Shown here piece by piece: positions 30,970 to 40,840 of a DNA stretch of 64,000 nt. The stretch lies in IMG/VR virus record IMGVR_UViG_3300044641_008909. One strand, written 5' to 3'. The stretch is from an uncultured virus (IMG/VR IMGVR_UViG_3300044641_008909). Taxonomy: Duplodnaviria > Heunggongvirae > Uroviricota > Caudoviricetes. The notes beneath the pieces are model-generated. The model was given only the letters and a program-made list of their open reading frames with translations. It had not been told where the DNA came from and did no database searches. Position 1 is the stretch's first letter. Each line of letters opens with the position of its first letter. The translations under genes were made by a program, and so were the position numbers.

Positions 30970-31193
30970 TTGAAATTACAAACTTGAAAAAGCATCCAGT
31001 TCAAATTATAATTAAGAGTAGGAAAAAGTCAAATTCTTTTACAACTCTTAACATTCCCGGATTGGGATCAAAAAAAAATATTTATAATTTAGAAGATGAG
31101 AGGTCTACTGCATATATAGAAAGAGTAGAAAAAATGGGTCTGATAAAGACTAGATATATATCGAATAATATTTTGATTGAAGGAGAAAAGTAA
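30966..31193 (+). CDS. Small hypothetical protein preceding the sheath gene
   Basis: Coupled ORF. Confidence 0.7.
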   Translation: MIEITNLKKHPVQIIIKSRKKSNSFTTLNIPGLGSKKNIYNLEDERSTAYIERVEKMGLIKTRYISNNILIEGEK

Positions 31194-31194
31194 A

Positions 31195-33528
31195 ATGGCA
31201 AACTTACGAGGATTCCCTGCTAGCAACACGATTAGCCCATCTGTAAGAATTACAGAGAATGATTTGACTTTCATTTCTCCAACCACAAGCTTCCATAGTA
31301 TTGGTCTTGTAGGTTTTGCGAGTAAAGGTCCAATCAATACACCAACCTCAGTAACCAGTCTTACCGACTTGGTTTTCAAGTTTGGCAATCCTCACCCAGA
31401 TACTGGTGATCCTTATCTAATCTATGCAGCACAACAGATTCTAAGAGTTTCTAGCGAACTCATCGTAACCAGAGTTGCTGATACCGATCCAACAAGTGCT
31501 TATCAGGCAAACACAGCAGCAGTTGTCGCTCCTGCAACTGGTGGCTTGATTGAAATCCTTGGATCAGCTACTGGTCCTTTTGTTTTTGCAGACGATCAGT
31601 ATTTCAGCTGGAAACTAAACGGCGTACTTGCAAGCAAAATTCTTGTAGTTGATGCAGACACATATGCTACTGCTGATGAACTTGTAGATTTTCTTAATAA
31701 TCAACTTGTTTCAGAAATTGACGGAATTATATTTGAAGCAACAGCTGGCGACAGTGTAACCCTCAAGTCTGTTTGGGCTTACGGAACAAGTTCAACAATT
31801 GAACTTGTTTCTCATCAGGATAGCATCTATGGCGGTGCAAGCAGCATCATTGGCATGGGAACATCCATGACACAAGCTGAACTTCTTGGTACTGAAGATA
31901 AATATCCTGACGATATCTACACTTCAGTTGGTGATTGGAATTTCTCTGGCGTATCATCAACTATTCTTTCAACAGCACTACAAGTTGTTATCAGCGGCAC
32001 AGGAAATGTTAATATCGATGATGTTGTTCAGGTTATTGACCTTTCAGCTCTTGCTGGTGGAACTTATACAACAGCTCAAGTTGTAACCGAAATTAACAAT
32101 CAAATCGCTTCTCCTCTCGGTGGCTTTGAAGCTGATGATGATGGCGCAGACCACATAATCCTTAGAACATTAGCTTACGGTTCAGGAAGTAAACTTGTTG
32201 TTAAAACCGACAGTACACTTGATGTTATCTTTGGATTGTCAAATGCTACAGCATCTGGCTTATCTCCTGTTCAAACAACTAATGATGGTATGACAGATGA
32301 AGCAGGCGTTGTAAGAGGAGCTTCTGCGGCATCTGGTGCTTATAGCTTTACCATTTATGCTGACAGCCCCGGCATTGAAGGAAATGAAACTGTTGTTCAA
32401 ATTTCCAACAATGTTAATGATGGCACATTCGCATTCAAAGTGTTTAATAATGGAGCACAAGTTGAAGCTTGGGGTAACTTGACCAAGAATCAGACCTCTT
32501 CTTTCTACGTTGCAACATATATCAACTCACAAAGTTCATTCATCAGAGTTACAGATAACACTGCATTGTCTGCTCCTCCTGCAAATACAGGTGCTGCTGG
32601 TATTCAATTATCAGGTGGTACTGATGGCATTCCAGTTGATCCAGATGCTCAGGATGATCTCATCAAGGGGAATGCAACCGCTGGAACTGGTCTTTATGCA
32701 TTCTCTGAACCAGAACAGGTTGTAATCGATCTCCTTGCAACACCCGGACGTAGCTCAACATCAGTTATTCAGACTCTAATTGATGTTTGTGAATTACGTC
32801 AAGACTGTTTAGCAATCATTGATCCTCCTTTCGGTCTTACTGTTAACGAAATTATTCAATGGCAGAACGGTGTTCATCCACTCAACAACACTCAGCTTAA
32901 TACAGACTTCGCTGCTCTTTATTATCCTTGGGTAGAACAAACTGATGTATTCAACAATATTCCTGTTTGGGTTCCACCATCTGGTTCAGTTATGGCAGCT
33001 TACTGCCAGAGTGATAATTTAGGTGGTCCTTGGTTTGCTCCAGCAGGTTTGAAGAGAGGTATTGTTCCTAATATCAATAACGTCTTCACCAGACCAAGTC
33101 TTGAAGAAAAAGATTTGATGTATGGTAACAGCAATGCTATCAATCCAATCATCACTTATCCTGATATCACTGGATTCGTAATCTGGGGTCAGAAGACGCT
33201 ACAGAGAACACCAACTGCTCTCGATAGAGTTAATGTTCGCAGAATGTTGTTCTATGTCGAGAAATCAATTAAAACAGCATCAAAATCATTGTTGTTTGAA
33301 CCAAACACAGCTTCAACAAGGAGCATTTTTATAAATACTTGTTCAACTATTCTTTCAAGAGTGCAGCTCAATTCTGGATTAACAAATTTTGTAATCAAAT
33401 GTGATGAAGAATTAAACACACCAGACGTAATTGCTAGAAATGAACTAAGAGCTAGAATTGGAATTGTTCCAACCTATGCCATTGAATTTATATTTATTGA
33501 ATTTAACTTGGTTAGAGAGTTAGCATAA
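31195..33528 (+). CDS. Contractile tail sheath protein (gp18-like)
   Basis: SPSVRITE, GFASKGP, YYPW, WFAPAG..RG, INPI, WGQKT, RVNVRR, IEFI. Confidence 0.97.
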   Translation: MANLRGFPASNTISPSVRITENDLTFISPTTSFHSIGLVGFASKGPINTPTSVTSLTDLVFKFGNPHPDTGDPYLIYAAQQILRVSSELIVTRVADTDPTSAYQANTAAVVAPATGGLIEILGSATGPFVFADDQYFSWKLNGVLASKILVVDADTYATADELVDFLNNQLVSEIDGIIFEATAGDSVTLKSVWAYGTSSTIELVSHQDSIYGGASSIIGMGTSMTQAELLGTEDKYPDDIYTSVGDWNFSGVSSTILSTALQVVISGTGNVNIDDVVQVIDLSALAGGTYTTAQVVTEINNQIASPLGGFEADDDGADHIILRTLAYGSGSKLVVKTDSTLDVIFGLSNATASGLSPVQTTNDGMTDEAGVVRGASAASGAYSFTIYADSPGIEGNETVVQISNNVNDGTFAFKVFNNGAQVEAWGNLTKNQTSSFYVATYINSQSSFIRVTDNTALSAPPANTGAAGIQLSGGTDGIPVDPDAQDDLIKGNATAGTGLYAFSEPEQVVIDLLATPGRSSTSVIQTLIDVCELRQDCLAIIDPPFGLTVNEIIQWQNGVHPLNNTQLNTDFAALYYPWVEQTDVFNNIPVWVPPSGSVMAAYCQSDNLGGPWFAPAGLKRGIVPNINNVFTRPSLEEKDLMYGNSNAINPIITYPDITGFVIWGQKTLQRTPTALDRVNVRRMLFYVEKSIKTASKSLLFEPNTASTRSIFINTCSTILSRVQLNSGLTNFVIKCDEELNTPDVIARNELRARIGIVPTYAIEFIFIEFNLVRELA

Positions 33529-33567
33529 TAATTAATTTGAAAAAATAAACTTTAGGAGGTAATTTAT

Positions 33568-34194
33568 ATGGCTACATCAACAGACAACAACATGGGCATT
33601 GGACCGCTTGGCACTGCGGCATTTAAAAGAAAATATCGATGGACATTCCAAGTGGAAAATGTCGGCGGCGCTGGTGGTTTTAACATCGGTGGACAGTATG
33701 TTAAATCTGGTAATAGACCGCAGATTGATATCGATGAAACAGAAATCAATTTTTTAAATGGGAAAACATTTATTCCCGGTAAAGCTACTTTTAATGAAAT
33801 TAGTTTTACTTATTACGATGTTGCTGTTCTAGAAGATGCAACTGTTAACAGTTTGCTCAGATGGATAAATAGAGTTTATAACTTCGAGCAAATTGGAGGA
33901 ACAAAGCAAATATACGCCACACAAGGAAGTTATCCTGATATAGGTTCAGGATATGCTGGCACAGGTGTGCTTACTTTGCTCGATGGTTGCGGATTTGCTG
34001 TAGAAAAGTGGCAGTTGATTAACTGTTGGCCTAAGAGTATCAATTTTGGTGATTTAGATTATTCATCTTCTGATGAATGTAATATTGAGTTATCACTTAG
34101 ATATGCTTATGCAATATATGAGAACTACTGTAATACTGGAGAAACAGATCCACCTTGCACAGGAATTTGTGGAACTACAGCGGGTTCTTACTAA
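33568..34194 (+). CDS. Tail tube protein (gp19-like)
   Basis: KRKYRW, PGKATF..ISFTYYD, W.L.NCWP..INFG.LDY. Confidence 0.88.
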   Translation: MATSTDNNMGIGPLGTAAFKRKYRWTFQVENVGGAGGFNIGGQYVKSGNRPQIDIDETEINFLNGKTFIPGKATFNEISFTYYDVAVLEDATVNSLLRWINRVYNFEQIGGTKQIYATQGSYPDIGSGYAGTGVLTLLDGCGFAVEKWQLINCWPKSINFGDLDYSSSDECNIELSLRYAYAIYENYCNTGETDPPCTGICGTTAGSY

Positions 34195-34204
34195 GAAGTA
34201 AAAT

Positions 34205-34795
34205 ATGGCTAATATGGGTATCGGTTTTGCCTCTCAAGTTTTATTCAAGAGGCAAAACCGTTTTATCATGTACATACCCGGAATCACTCATACAGTGACT
34301 GGGCAGAGAGCTATTAGTAAAGTTATGGTAGAAGAAAAATCTTCTAGACCTAATATTTCATTTAAAGAAATTGAAGTACCTCATTTAATAGAAACGATAT
34401 ATTTTGCTGGCAGACCTGATTGGAAGCCTTTAAAGGTAACTTTATATGATGTTGCTAATGATAATCCTGCATGGGATTGGGTTAAAGCAAATTATGCCGT
34501 AGATTCAAACAATAATCAAGTTTCTGTACAATACAAAGGTTCTTTAACAAATGTTGGTGCTGGTGGTTCTAACTTTAAAAGAACAATTCAGATATTCATG
34601 CTTGATGGATGTGGCAATGCGATAGAAGCATGGACATACATGAATGCTTTCCCCACTGACGTTGAATTTGGGGAAACAGACATGACCGGAAATGATGTAA
34701 TGAAGGTCAATCTTACTCTACGTTATGATAGAGCATATTGGGAAAAGTGCGACGATCAGATGAATTCACTTGTTCAATCTTACATGTTTCCTTAG
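34205..34795 (+). CDS. Second tail tube-like protein
   Basis: KRQNRF, AGRPDW..VTLYD, W....AFP..VEFG, LRYDRA. Confidence 0.85.
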   Translation: MANMGIGFASQVLFKRQNRFIMYIPGITHTVTGQRAISKVMVEEKSSRPNISFKEIEVPHLIETIYFAGRPDWKPLKVTLYDVANDNPAWDWVKANYAVDSNNNQVSVQYKGSLTNVGAGGSNFKRTIQIFMLDGCGNAIEAWTYMNAFPTDVEFGETDMTGNDVMKVNLTLRYDRAYWEKCDDQMNSLVQSYMFP

Positions 34796-35067
34796 TCTTC
34801 TGCATCTAGAGATGCATACTCATCGGGTTCGAGGAATTGATCTACTTCTAAAACTTTTCTACATTCTACTAAAAAAGTTTCGAGTTCTTTAGTTTTCATG
34901 TTTAAGATTCTACAAGCGCCAGATTTATTGAGGCGACCTTTTTTTGTATAAACTAAGTTTTCGTTTGAAAGTAGCAGACCAATTTTTTCTTTTAGATAGC
35001 TGCTTTCAAGAATTTGGAGCAATTCGGTATTTTCTATGCCTTCTAAGAATCTGTTCTTCATCGACAT
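34792..35067 (-). CDS. Small putative HTH protein
   Basis: LNKSGACRILNMKTKEL. Confidence 0.6.
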   Translation of the reverse strand: MSMKNRFLEGIENTELLQILESSYLKEKIGLLLSNENLVYTKKGRLNKSGACRILNMKTKELETFLVECRKVLEVDQFLEPDEYASLDAED

Positions 35068-35129
35068 TCTCCAAAAACAAAATATCCAACACTAATTGAG
35101 TAAGTGCTTTGGTATAAAAAATGAATTTA

Positions 35130-35621
35130 TTAAATTCTTCTGCTTGGCATTTCTCTATTCATTTTTGCTGTATAGTATTCTTGATATCTTTTCTTAAGTT
35201 CGTCGAAGTTTTTATTTGAACGATAAATTTGTCTTAGGTGATGTATTAGGCAAGTTGTCAGGAAGTTAAAAGCTTTGCTTCCTCTAGTTGGATCGAATCG
35301 TTCTATTTTAGAGAAGCAGATAAATACACCTTCTTGTACTGCGTCATCATAATCAATTTTCTGAAAATTTCTAAATCTAACAATATTTTCTGACAGTGTA
35401 AAAAATTCTTTTGCTAAATTATCTTGACTTTGTTTGAGCATTTTTTCATTTTCTATAATTTTATTTTCATCTAGACTGACAGTGGGATTGCCTTCTGTAT
35501 TATTTTTATTAAATTCTATATCTTCTTTTAAAAGTTCGTATTTTTTCTTTAGCTTCTTTGCTTTTTGAAACTCTATTATATTTGTTTCAAGATATTTGTT
35601 ATCAAGATAGTGATTACTCAT
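35130..35621 (-). CDS. Late transcription sigma factor (T4 gp55-like)
   Basis: HYLDN, DAVQEG..C....RFDP..GS.AFNFLT; no region 4. Confidence 0.85.
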   Translation of the reverse strand: MSNHYLDNKYLETNIIEFQKAKKLKKKYELLKEDIEFNKNNTEGNPTVSLDENKIIENEKMLKQSQDNLAKEFFTLSENIVRFRNFQKIDYDDAVQEGVFICFSKIERFDPTRGSKAFNFLTTCLIHHLRQIYRSNKNFDELKKRYQEYYTAKMNREMPSRRI

Positions 35622-35639
35622 ATTTAAAATATAGTCCGC

Positions 35640-36419
35640 ATGCTTAAAAAAATGAAAATTAATTGTGCTATAATTATTGATTCGATTGAAGAAAAGCAAA
35701 AAAGTATTTTAAAATTCCAGCAAATAGAAAATATTAATTTTTTTACTTTTGACAAAAATTTAAAATCAATAAATTTACTTAATAGCAGAAGAAACATTAA
35801 TACTGAATTGTCTATGTTTTTTGATCAAAAAAGTTTTTTTGTACTTTATCCAGATGAAGACATAGAGTTATGGGATGATGAAGAATCTTTTGGAAGTCAT
35901 TACAATCTTATTATAGATGATTGGATAATTAAGTCTAGAAGAACGAATACGAAAGAAGAAAAAGTTTCAAAAATATTTATTAGGTCAAATTACAAAAATG
36001 TTATTAAATATGATGATTTGTGGAATAATTTGTGGCAAGATGGTGGAAATTTTATTAATAGGTTAGAAGAATATTTATTTATTGTTGGTATAAATGAAGA
36101 AAATTTATTTCTTGTTTACAGATACATTTTTGAAAAATTAAAGAAAAAAATGTATGATGATACATTAAAGAATTTGTTTCCGAGTGTATTGAATAATTAT
36201 CCAAATTTTGTTGAATTATTGTGTCTTTGGGGCGACTTCTTATATGAATCTAATCGTATTGAAGAAGCGAAATTGTTCTACGCCAAAGCTCTGAAGTCAG
36301 CTTCAGAGCGTAGCATTTACGATAAGATGCCAATGATTCCCAGAATGCACAAAAGTCATCCTGAGAAAATGTTGGCAAATATTGAAGAGTTGATCAAAAA
36401 ATATGATCAAGTTCATTGA
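35640..36419 (+). CDS. Hypothetical protein with TPR-like C-terminus
   Basis: ELLCLWGDFLY..NRIEEAKLFYAKAL. Confidence 0.6.
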   Translation: MLKKMKINCAIIIDSIEEKQKSILKFQQIENINFFTFDKNLKSINLLNSRRNINTELSMFFDQKSFFVLYPDEDIELWDDEESFGSHYNLIIDDWIIKSRRTNTKEEKVSKIFIRSNYKNVIKYDDLWNNLWQDGGNFINRLEEYLFIVGINEENLFLVYRYIFEKLKKKMYDDTLKNLFPSVLNNYPNFVELLCLWGDFLYESNRIEEAKLFYAKALKSASERSIYDKMPMIPRMHKSHPEKMLANIEELIKKYDQVH

Positions 36420-36786
36420 TGATTACAGTTACTTGATCTTCAAATCTTGACATAGAGATTTGTTTACGTCCAGCAGGAAGCTTTTTCATTTCCTTTTCTA
36501 GATCGCCAATTGAACAGCTGACAACACGCCAGTTGTTCTTTGCTAGCTGTTCTGCTTCTTCCTCTTGAGACATTACAGTCTTGCCGGGGAAGTATTCAAG
36601 AACTTGATCTTTAGCTTCTTTAATAATCTTCTTGTAAAGTGGGACGTTACAAGAACAGCTAGGATTATTAATAAACTTTTGCACTTCTGGATTCAATGAC
36701 TCTGGTAGCTTACTACGAAAGGTTTCATCTTTCATAGCGGTCTTGATATCAAGAAGGCTTATAAAGTTCTTTGTTTGCTCGCTCAT
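36394..36786 (-). CDS. Hypothetical protein
   Basis: 130-aa ORF in minus-strand run. Confidence 0.7.
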   Translation of the reverse strand: MSEQTKNFISLLDIKTAMKDETFRSKLPESLNPEVQKFINNPSCSCNVPLYKKIIKEAKDQVLEYFPGKTVMSQEEEAEQLAKNNWRVVSCSIGDLEKEMKKLPAGRKQISMSRFEDQVTVIINELDHIF

Positions 36787-36973
36787 TGTTTTTAATCCTC
36801 AAAGTGAAGCCACAATGCTTACATCTATAAATAGATGGTTGAATTTTAAATTCTTCCCTATCATCTTCGGTTTTTTTGATAATGTTTTGCAAAGTAGATC
36901 GTTTAACTTCCACCAATTCTTTGATGGAAGTTTCTGTATATTTTGTTCCACAATTTTCACAAATAGAAAACAT
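36749..36973 (-). CDS. Small Zn-ribbon protein
   Basis: CENCG...CKHCG. Confidence 0.65.
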   Translation of the reverse strand: MFSICENCGTKYTETSIKELVEVKRSTLQNIIKKTEDDREEFKIQPSIYRCKHCGFTLRIKNNERANKELYKPS

Positions 36974-36975
36974 AA

Positions 36976-37290
36976 TTAGTCCGAAATCATGCTATTTGCT
37001 TCTAGGTAAGTTTGGAAGAATGCGAAGAATGTTGCCAAGAAGCTAGTGGCGCAACCTCCTAGAAAAATATAATGTAATTTATCTAGATTCCATCCGCAGA
37101 AGACATACATGAGTGTCGTGGTAAAGATTCCACACCAAAATCCAGAGCATTGGTAGCAGTTGAGCATTTTCATAAAAAATGTTGGAAGATATGGTTTGAT
37201 TCTATCTTTAACAGACTTTGAAATATCTGATTCAACAACAATGTTGGTCATTCCGATTGATCCGAAAAGCCAAAGTGTCAACTCAAGCAT
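36976..37290 (-). CDS. Membrane protein, DUF1360-like
   Basis: Hydrophobic segments, LNCYQCSGFW. Confidence 0.65.
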   Translation of the reverse strand: MLELTLWLFGSIGMTNIVVESDISKSVKDRIKPYLPTFFMKMLNCYQCSGFWCGIFTTTLMYVFCGWNLDKLHYIFLGGCATSFLATFFAFFQTYLEANSMISD

Positions 37291-37663
37291 TTTGATTCCC
37301 CGTGTTTATGAGTACAGAAACTTCTTCACCTTTACGATAAACGTGAAAATCCATTACATTATTAAAAAGAGGTAATTGAAATTCAAAATTTTCAATATTA
37401 CCTTTAATATTCCTGTATGCACTTAAATCTGTCTTCATAATATTAACTTCCATTTTGAATATGGAAGATATTTTTTCAACGTCTTCTTTTGTTACGCTGT
37501 TTAAAAAATCTACGACAGATCTTATTCCAAGACTTTTAAGGTGAGAAACTTTTTGTGCCATTGCCCAAGAATCAAACAAATGTTTAAATTTTGGGAATTC
37601 ATTTTTGATAAGTTGATTCTGAAAAAGCAATTCTGCTGCGTTATGGAAGCCTATCTGAATCAT
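37283..37663 (-). CDS. Hypothetical protein
   Basis: AGGAG SD. Confidence 0.7.
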   Translation of the reverse strand: MIQIGFHNAAELLFQNQLIKNEFPKFKHLFDSWAMAQKVSHLKSLGIRSVVDFLNSVTKEDVEKISSIFKMEVNIMKTDLSAYRNIKGNIENFEFQLPLFNNVMDFHVYRKGEEVSVLINTGNQNA

Positions 37664-37745
37664 AAAAAATCTCCTAAACTAATATAGTTTTTAATTATGA
37701 ATACTAATTTAAAATTAAGTTTCGTAATTTTTAAGGGGAAAAAAA

Positions 37746-38762
37746 ATGGCTGATGAAGTTTTTAGACCACAACGACCAGCGTCAAATGATTCACAAATTG
37801 ACATTCCTGAAAATCATCCAATGAGACAACAGGCAAATTCATTACCACCGGGAGTTGTTACAGGAAGAGTTCCTCCACAGTTTACGTCTTCAATTGCTGG
37901 AGATGATAATACTCAGTCATATCGTCAGCAAGCTGCTCCAATGAACGTAGGTGGCATGCAGATTAATACTGAGTTAGCAAATCTTATTAATAATTTGAAG
38001 CAGCATAGCACACACTATGAAGAAGTGCTTCTTCCAAGTAAGGGCAAGTTCTATGATGGAACAGATGGACCGACAAATGGAATTGTTAACATTCGTCCTA
38101 TGACAGGTGAAGAAGAGCAGATTCTTGCTACTCCACGATTTGTGAAAAAGGGCACTGCTATTAATATGATTTTTAGCAAGTGTATTAGAGAAAATATTAA
38201 GTCAGAAAATTTATTGTCTCAAGATAGAACTTATCTTTTGATTTATCTTCGTGGTATTAGTTATGGTACTGATTACGAAGTTCAGGTACGTTGTCCAGAT
38301 ACTGACAAGCAGTTTTCAACGACGATTGATTTGGACACATTAGTAATCAACAGGTGTCCTGATGATTACGCAGCAGACAATCTTTCTGGTGTTCTTCCAA
38401 AGAGTGGTTTGAAGTTCAGTTATCGTTTAAGCAAGGGCAAGGACGAAACTGATCTTCAGGAATACAGGGAAAGAAAGCTTAAGGCTTTTGGTGATAGTGC
38501 TTCTGATGATACTTTGCTTTATAGAACTGCTCAGTTGTTGAACAACATTGAGACTATTACATCAAAGGATGAACTCAAGGTTGTCATCAAGAATCTTCCT
38601 GTTCAAGATGTTAATTATTTAAGAAATCTTGTTAACGATCCACCTTTTGGAATCCAGACAAAGGTTAGCATTCTTTCACCCTTTTCAAATGAAGAGTTTG
38701 AGATTGATTTGCCACTTGATTCGGGTTTTTTCTTCCCCCGGAACAAGAAGGTGGGGGTATAA
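37746..38762 (+). CDS. Baseplate hub/tail assembly chaperone (T4 gp26-like)
   Basis: LPSKG.FY..IRPMT..EE.IL..D..YL.I.LR..SYG..CP; ends with FF motif. Confidence 0.8.
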   Translation: MADEVFRPQRPASNDSQIDIPENHPMRQQANSLPPGVVTGRVPPQFTSSIAGDDNTQSYRQQAAPMNVGGMQINTELANLINNLKQHSTHYEEVLLPSKGKFYDGTDGPTNGIVNIRPMTGEEEQILATPRFVKKGTAINMIFSKCIRENIKSENLLSQDRTYLLIYLRGISYGTDYEVQVRCPDTDKQFSTTIDLDTLVINRCPDDYAADNLSGVLPKSGLKFSYRLSKGKDETDLQEYRERKLKAFGDSASDDTLLYRTAQLLNNIETITSKDELKVVIKNLPVQDVNYLRNLVNDPPFGIQTKVSILSPFSNEEFEIDLPLDSGFFFPRNKKVGV

Positions 38763-38962
38763 GTCCAAGTTTAAAGCTATGGCAGGCTTTGATGGATGAG
38801 ATGTTCTTCTTTCTCTATCATCTTCATGTTGACAAATCGTCTTTCTTGCAATTAACGATTTCGGAACGTAGATACTTGATAGACAAGTTTGTTGAGCAGA
38901 AGAAGAAAGAGAAAGAAGAGCATGATAAGGAAATGAGGAAGGCTAAATCTAGGTCAAGGTAA
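38723..38962 (+). CDS. gp51-like ORF in -1 frame, probably reached by frameshift (first ATG 38792)
   Basis: Not in ORF track; MDEMFFFLYHLH...LTISERRYLIDKFVEQKKKE; frame open from slippery GGGTTTT. Confidence 0.7.
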   Translation, partial: GFFLPPEQEGGGISPSLKLWQALMDEMFFFLYHLHVDKSSFLQLTISERRYLIDKFVEQKKKEKEEHDKEMRKAKSRSR

Positions 38963-38967
38963 TAATT

Positions 38968-39705
38968 ATGTCTACTAAAGAGCGTTATCAAAATCCAACA
39001 ACAGATGATACTGTAATTTTAAGACTATTTGTTTACAATCAAAATAGTTTTTCTAATGTTGATTCAATTGAAAAAGTAGATATTTACAAAATTCCTGATA
39101 ATGCATCTGTTAGTGATTTATCAAATGCTACCTTGATTCAGACTGTGATTGATCCAGATATCAAGCAAGATGATACTGGAAAGTATTACATTGAAGTTTT
39201 AGCTGAGTATCCTCTTTATACAACAGGAAAGTATGTAGATGTATGGAGTATAGTCTTCAAATCAAGTGAAGGCACTAGTCAAGTAATCAATAATTTCCTG
39301 TTGTATCCTGATCTTTGGTATACGACACCAATTCCAGTTGTATATGACTTTAGCTTCGTGTTCAGACCTAATCGTTTTAGAAAAGGTTCAAAGCAATATT
39401 TAATTTGTCAAATTACGCCCAATGTGCCGAAAGGCACAGACTTGGGTAGATATTATGAAAACCTAATCATTAATTCTAATGTAAAAATAAGTTTGGAATT
39501 AAACTGTGGTAATTGTGTGCCAACGGAGGAAGACCTTCGTTTAGTGTTAGATCAAGTATCAATGGATTACAGGGAAAAGAATTTTGCTTATTACCAATTA
39601 GACACAACTGATTTGGATGTAGGTATTTACAACGCTTGGTTTACGCTTGAAATTGGTGACAATATTTATATTTCCGACCGGATGAATCTTCAAATCTTCT
39701 CTTGA
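38968..39705 (+). CDS. Hypothetical, probably structural beta-rich protein
   Basis: 245-aa ORF in tail assembly run. Confidence 0.65.
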   Translation: MSTKERYQNPTTDDTVILRLFVYNQNSFSNVDSIEKVDIYKIPDNASVSDLSNATLIQTVIDPDIKQDDTGKYYIEVLAEYPLYTTGKYVDVWSIVFKSSEGTSQVINNFLLYPDLWYTTPIPVVYDFSFVFRPNRFRKGSKQYLICQITPNVPKGTDLGRYYENLIINSNVKISLELNCGNCVPTEEDLRLVLDQVSMDYREKNFAYYQLDTTDLDVGIYNAWFTLEIGDNIYISDRMNLQIFS

Positions 39706-39757
39706 TGGGCTTGAAACAATGGTATAGTATGTCCTTGGTCATCAAGGAGGCTAGCCA

Positions 39758-40840
39758 ATGCGTCTTGTCGAAAAGCTTACAAAGTGTTATGAATGTGGTG
39801 TCAATGTTCTTCTAATTGGAGAACATGGTGTTGGTAAAACATCATTGATTAAAAGTGTGTTTGAATCTCAAGGATTAGTTCTTGGTGATTCATGGTTATA
39901 TTTTTCAGCTAGCACATTAGATCCTTGGGTTGATTTCATTGGTATTCCTAAAGAAAGGGAAAGCAATGGAACTCAATATATTGAATTAATCAGACCAAAA
40001 GCTTTTGCTGATGCTACAAAGATCAGGGCTTTGTTTATTGATGAATATAATAGATCACCAAAGAAAATAAGGAATGCAATTCTTGAACTTATTCAGTTCA
40101 AGAGTATTAATGGTATGAAGTTTCCTAATCTTCAAGTTGTTTGGGCAGCAATAAATCCAGAAGACGAGAATGAAACATATGATGTTGAAAAGTTAGATCC
40201 TGCTCAGAAAGATAGATTCCATGTACCTATCCAAGTTCCATATGCATGTGATGCAGAATATTTTAATAACAAATATGGTTGTGAAAAATCAACTATAGCA
40301 ATTGAATGGTGGAATGCTATTCCTGATGATATTAAGAAAAAGATATCTCCTAGAAGGCTTGACTATGCGTTGGAATTTATGGCAAAAGGAATTCCTTTGG
40401 AAGATATTCTTCCTCAAGAAAGTAATGTAAATAAACTTCGTCAAGCTTTAGCTAATGGTCCAATTGACAAAAAGTTAAGGAAAATGTTTGATGACAAAGA
40501 TATAAAAGATGCAAAGTTGTTTTTAGCTGTTGAAAACAACTTTGATAATGCTATCAAGTATATCAATGAAAGCAAAGAATATATTGAATTCTTTGTTCCT
40601 CTTTTCAAGAAAGAAAAGTTAAGTCTTATTATTTCTGAGGAAGATTCAAAAATTTCTTCTTATATAATTGAAAATTGGAAAATTAATCCAATTTTTAAAT
40701 CAGTGATTGAAAGTGTTTTAACCGCTGGAACTAATCCAAAAGTCATTAAAAAAATACGTTCTTTCTTTTATGAAGATGAATCTGTATGGAAGAATCAGAA
40801 AGCTTCAAATTCTTCAGAACGTGAAAGGATTTTCAAATGA
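39758..40840 (+). CDS. MoxR-like AAA+ ATPase
   Basis: Walker A GEHGVGKT, Walker B LFIDEYNR, AAIN, LDPA.KDRF. Confidence 0.9.
   Translation: MRLVEKLTKCYECGVNVLLIGEHGVGKTSLIKSVFESQGLVLGDSWLYFSASTLDPWVDFIGIPKERESNGTQYIELIRPKAFADATKIRALFIDEYNRSPKKIRNAILELIQFKSINGMKFPNLQVVWAAINPEDENETYDVEKLDPAQKDRFHVPIQVPYACDAEYFNNKYGCEKSTIAIEWWNAIPDDIKKKISPRRLDYALEFMAKGIPLEDILPQESNVNKLRQALANGPIDKKLRKMFDDKDIKDAKLFLAVENNFDNAIKYINESKEYIEFFVPLFKKEKLSLIISEEDSKISSYIIENWKINPIFKSVIESVLTAGTNPKVIKKIRSFFYEDESVWKNQKASNSSERERIFK

Noticed and set aside
31195..34795. Bacterial extracellular contractile injection system (sheath plus two tubes)
   Set aside because: Neck proteins, late sigma and replication genes indicate a true phage
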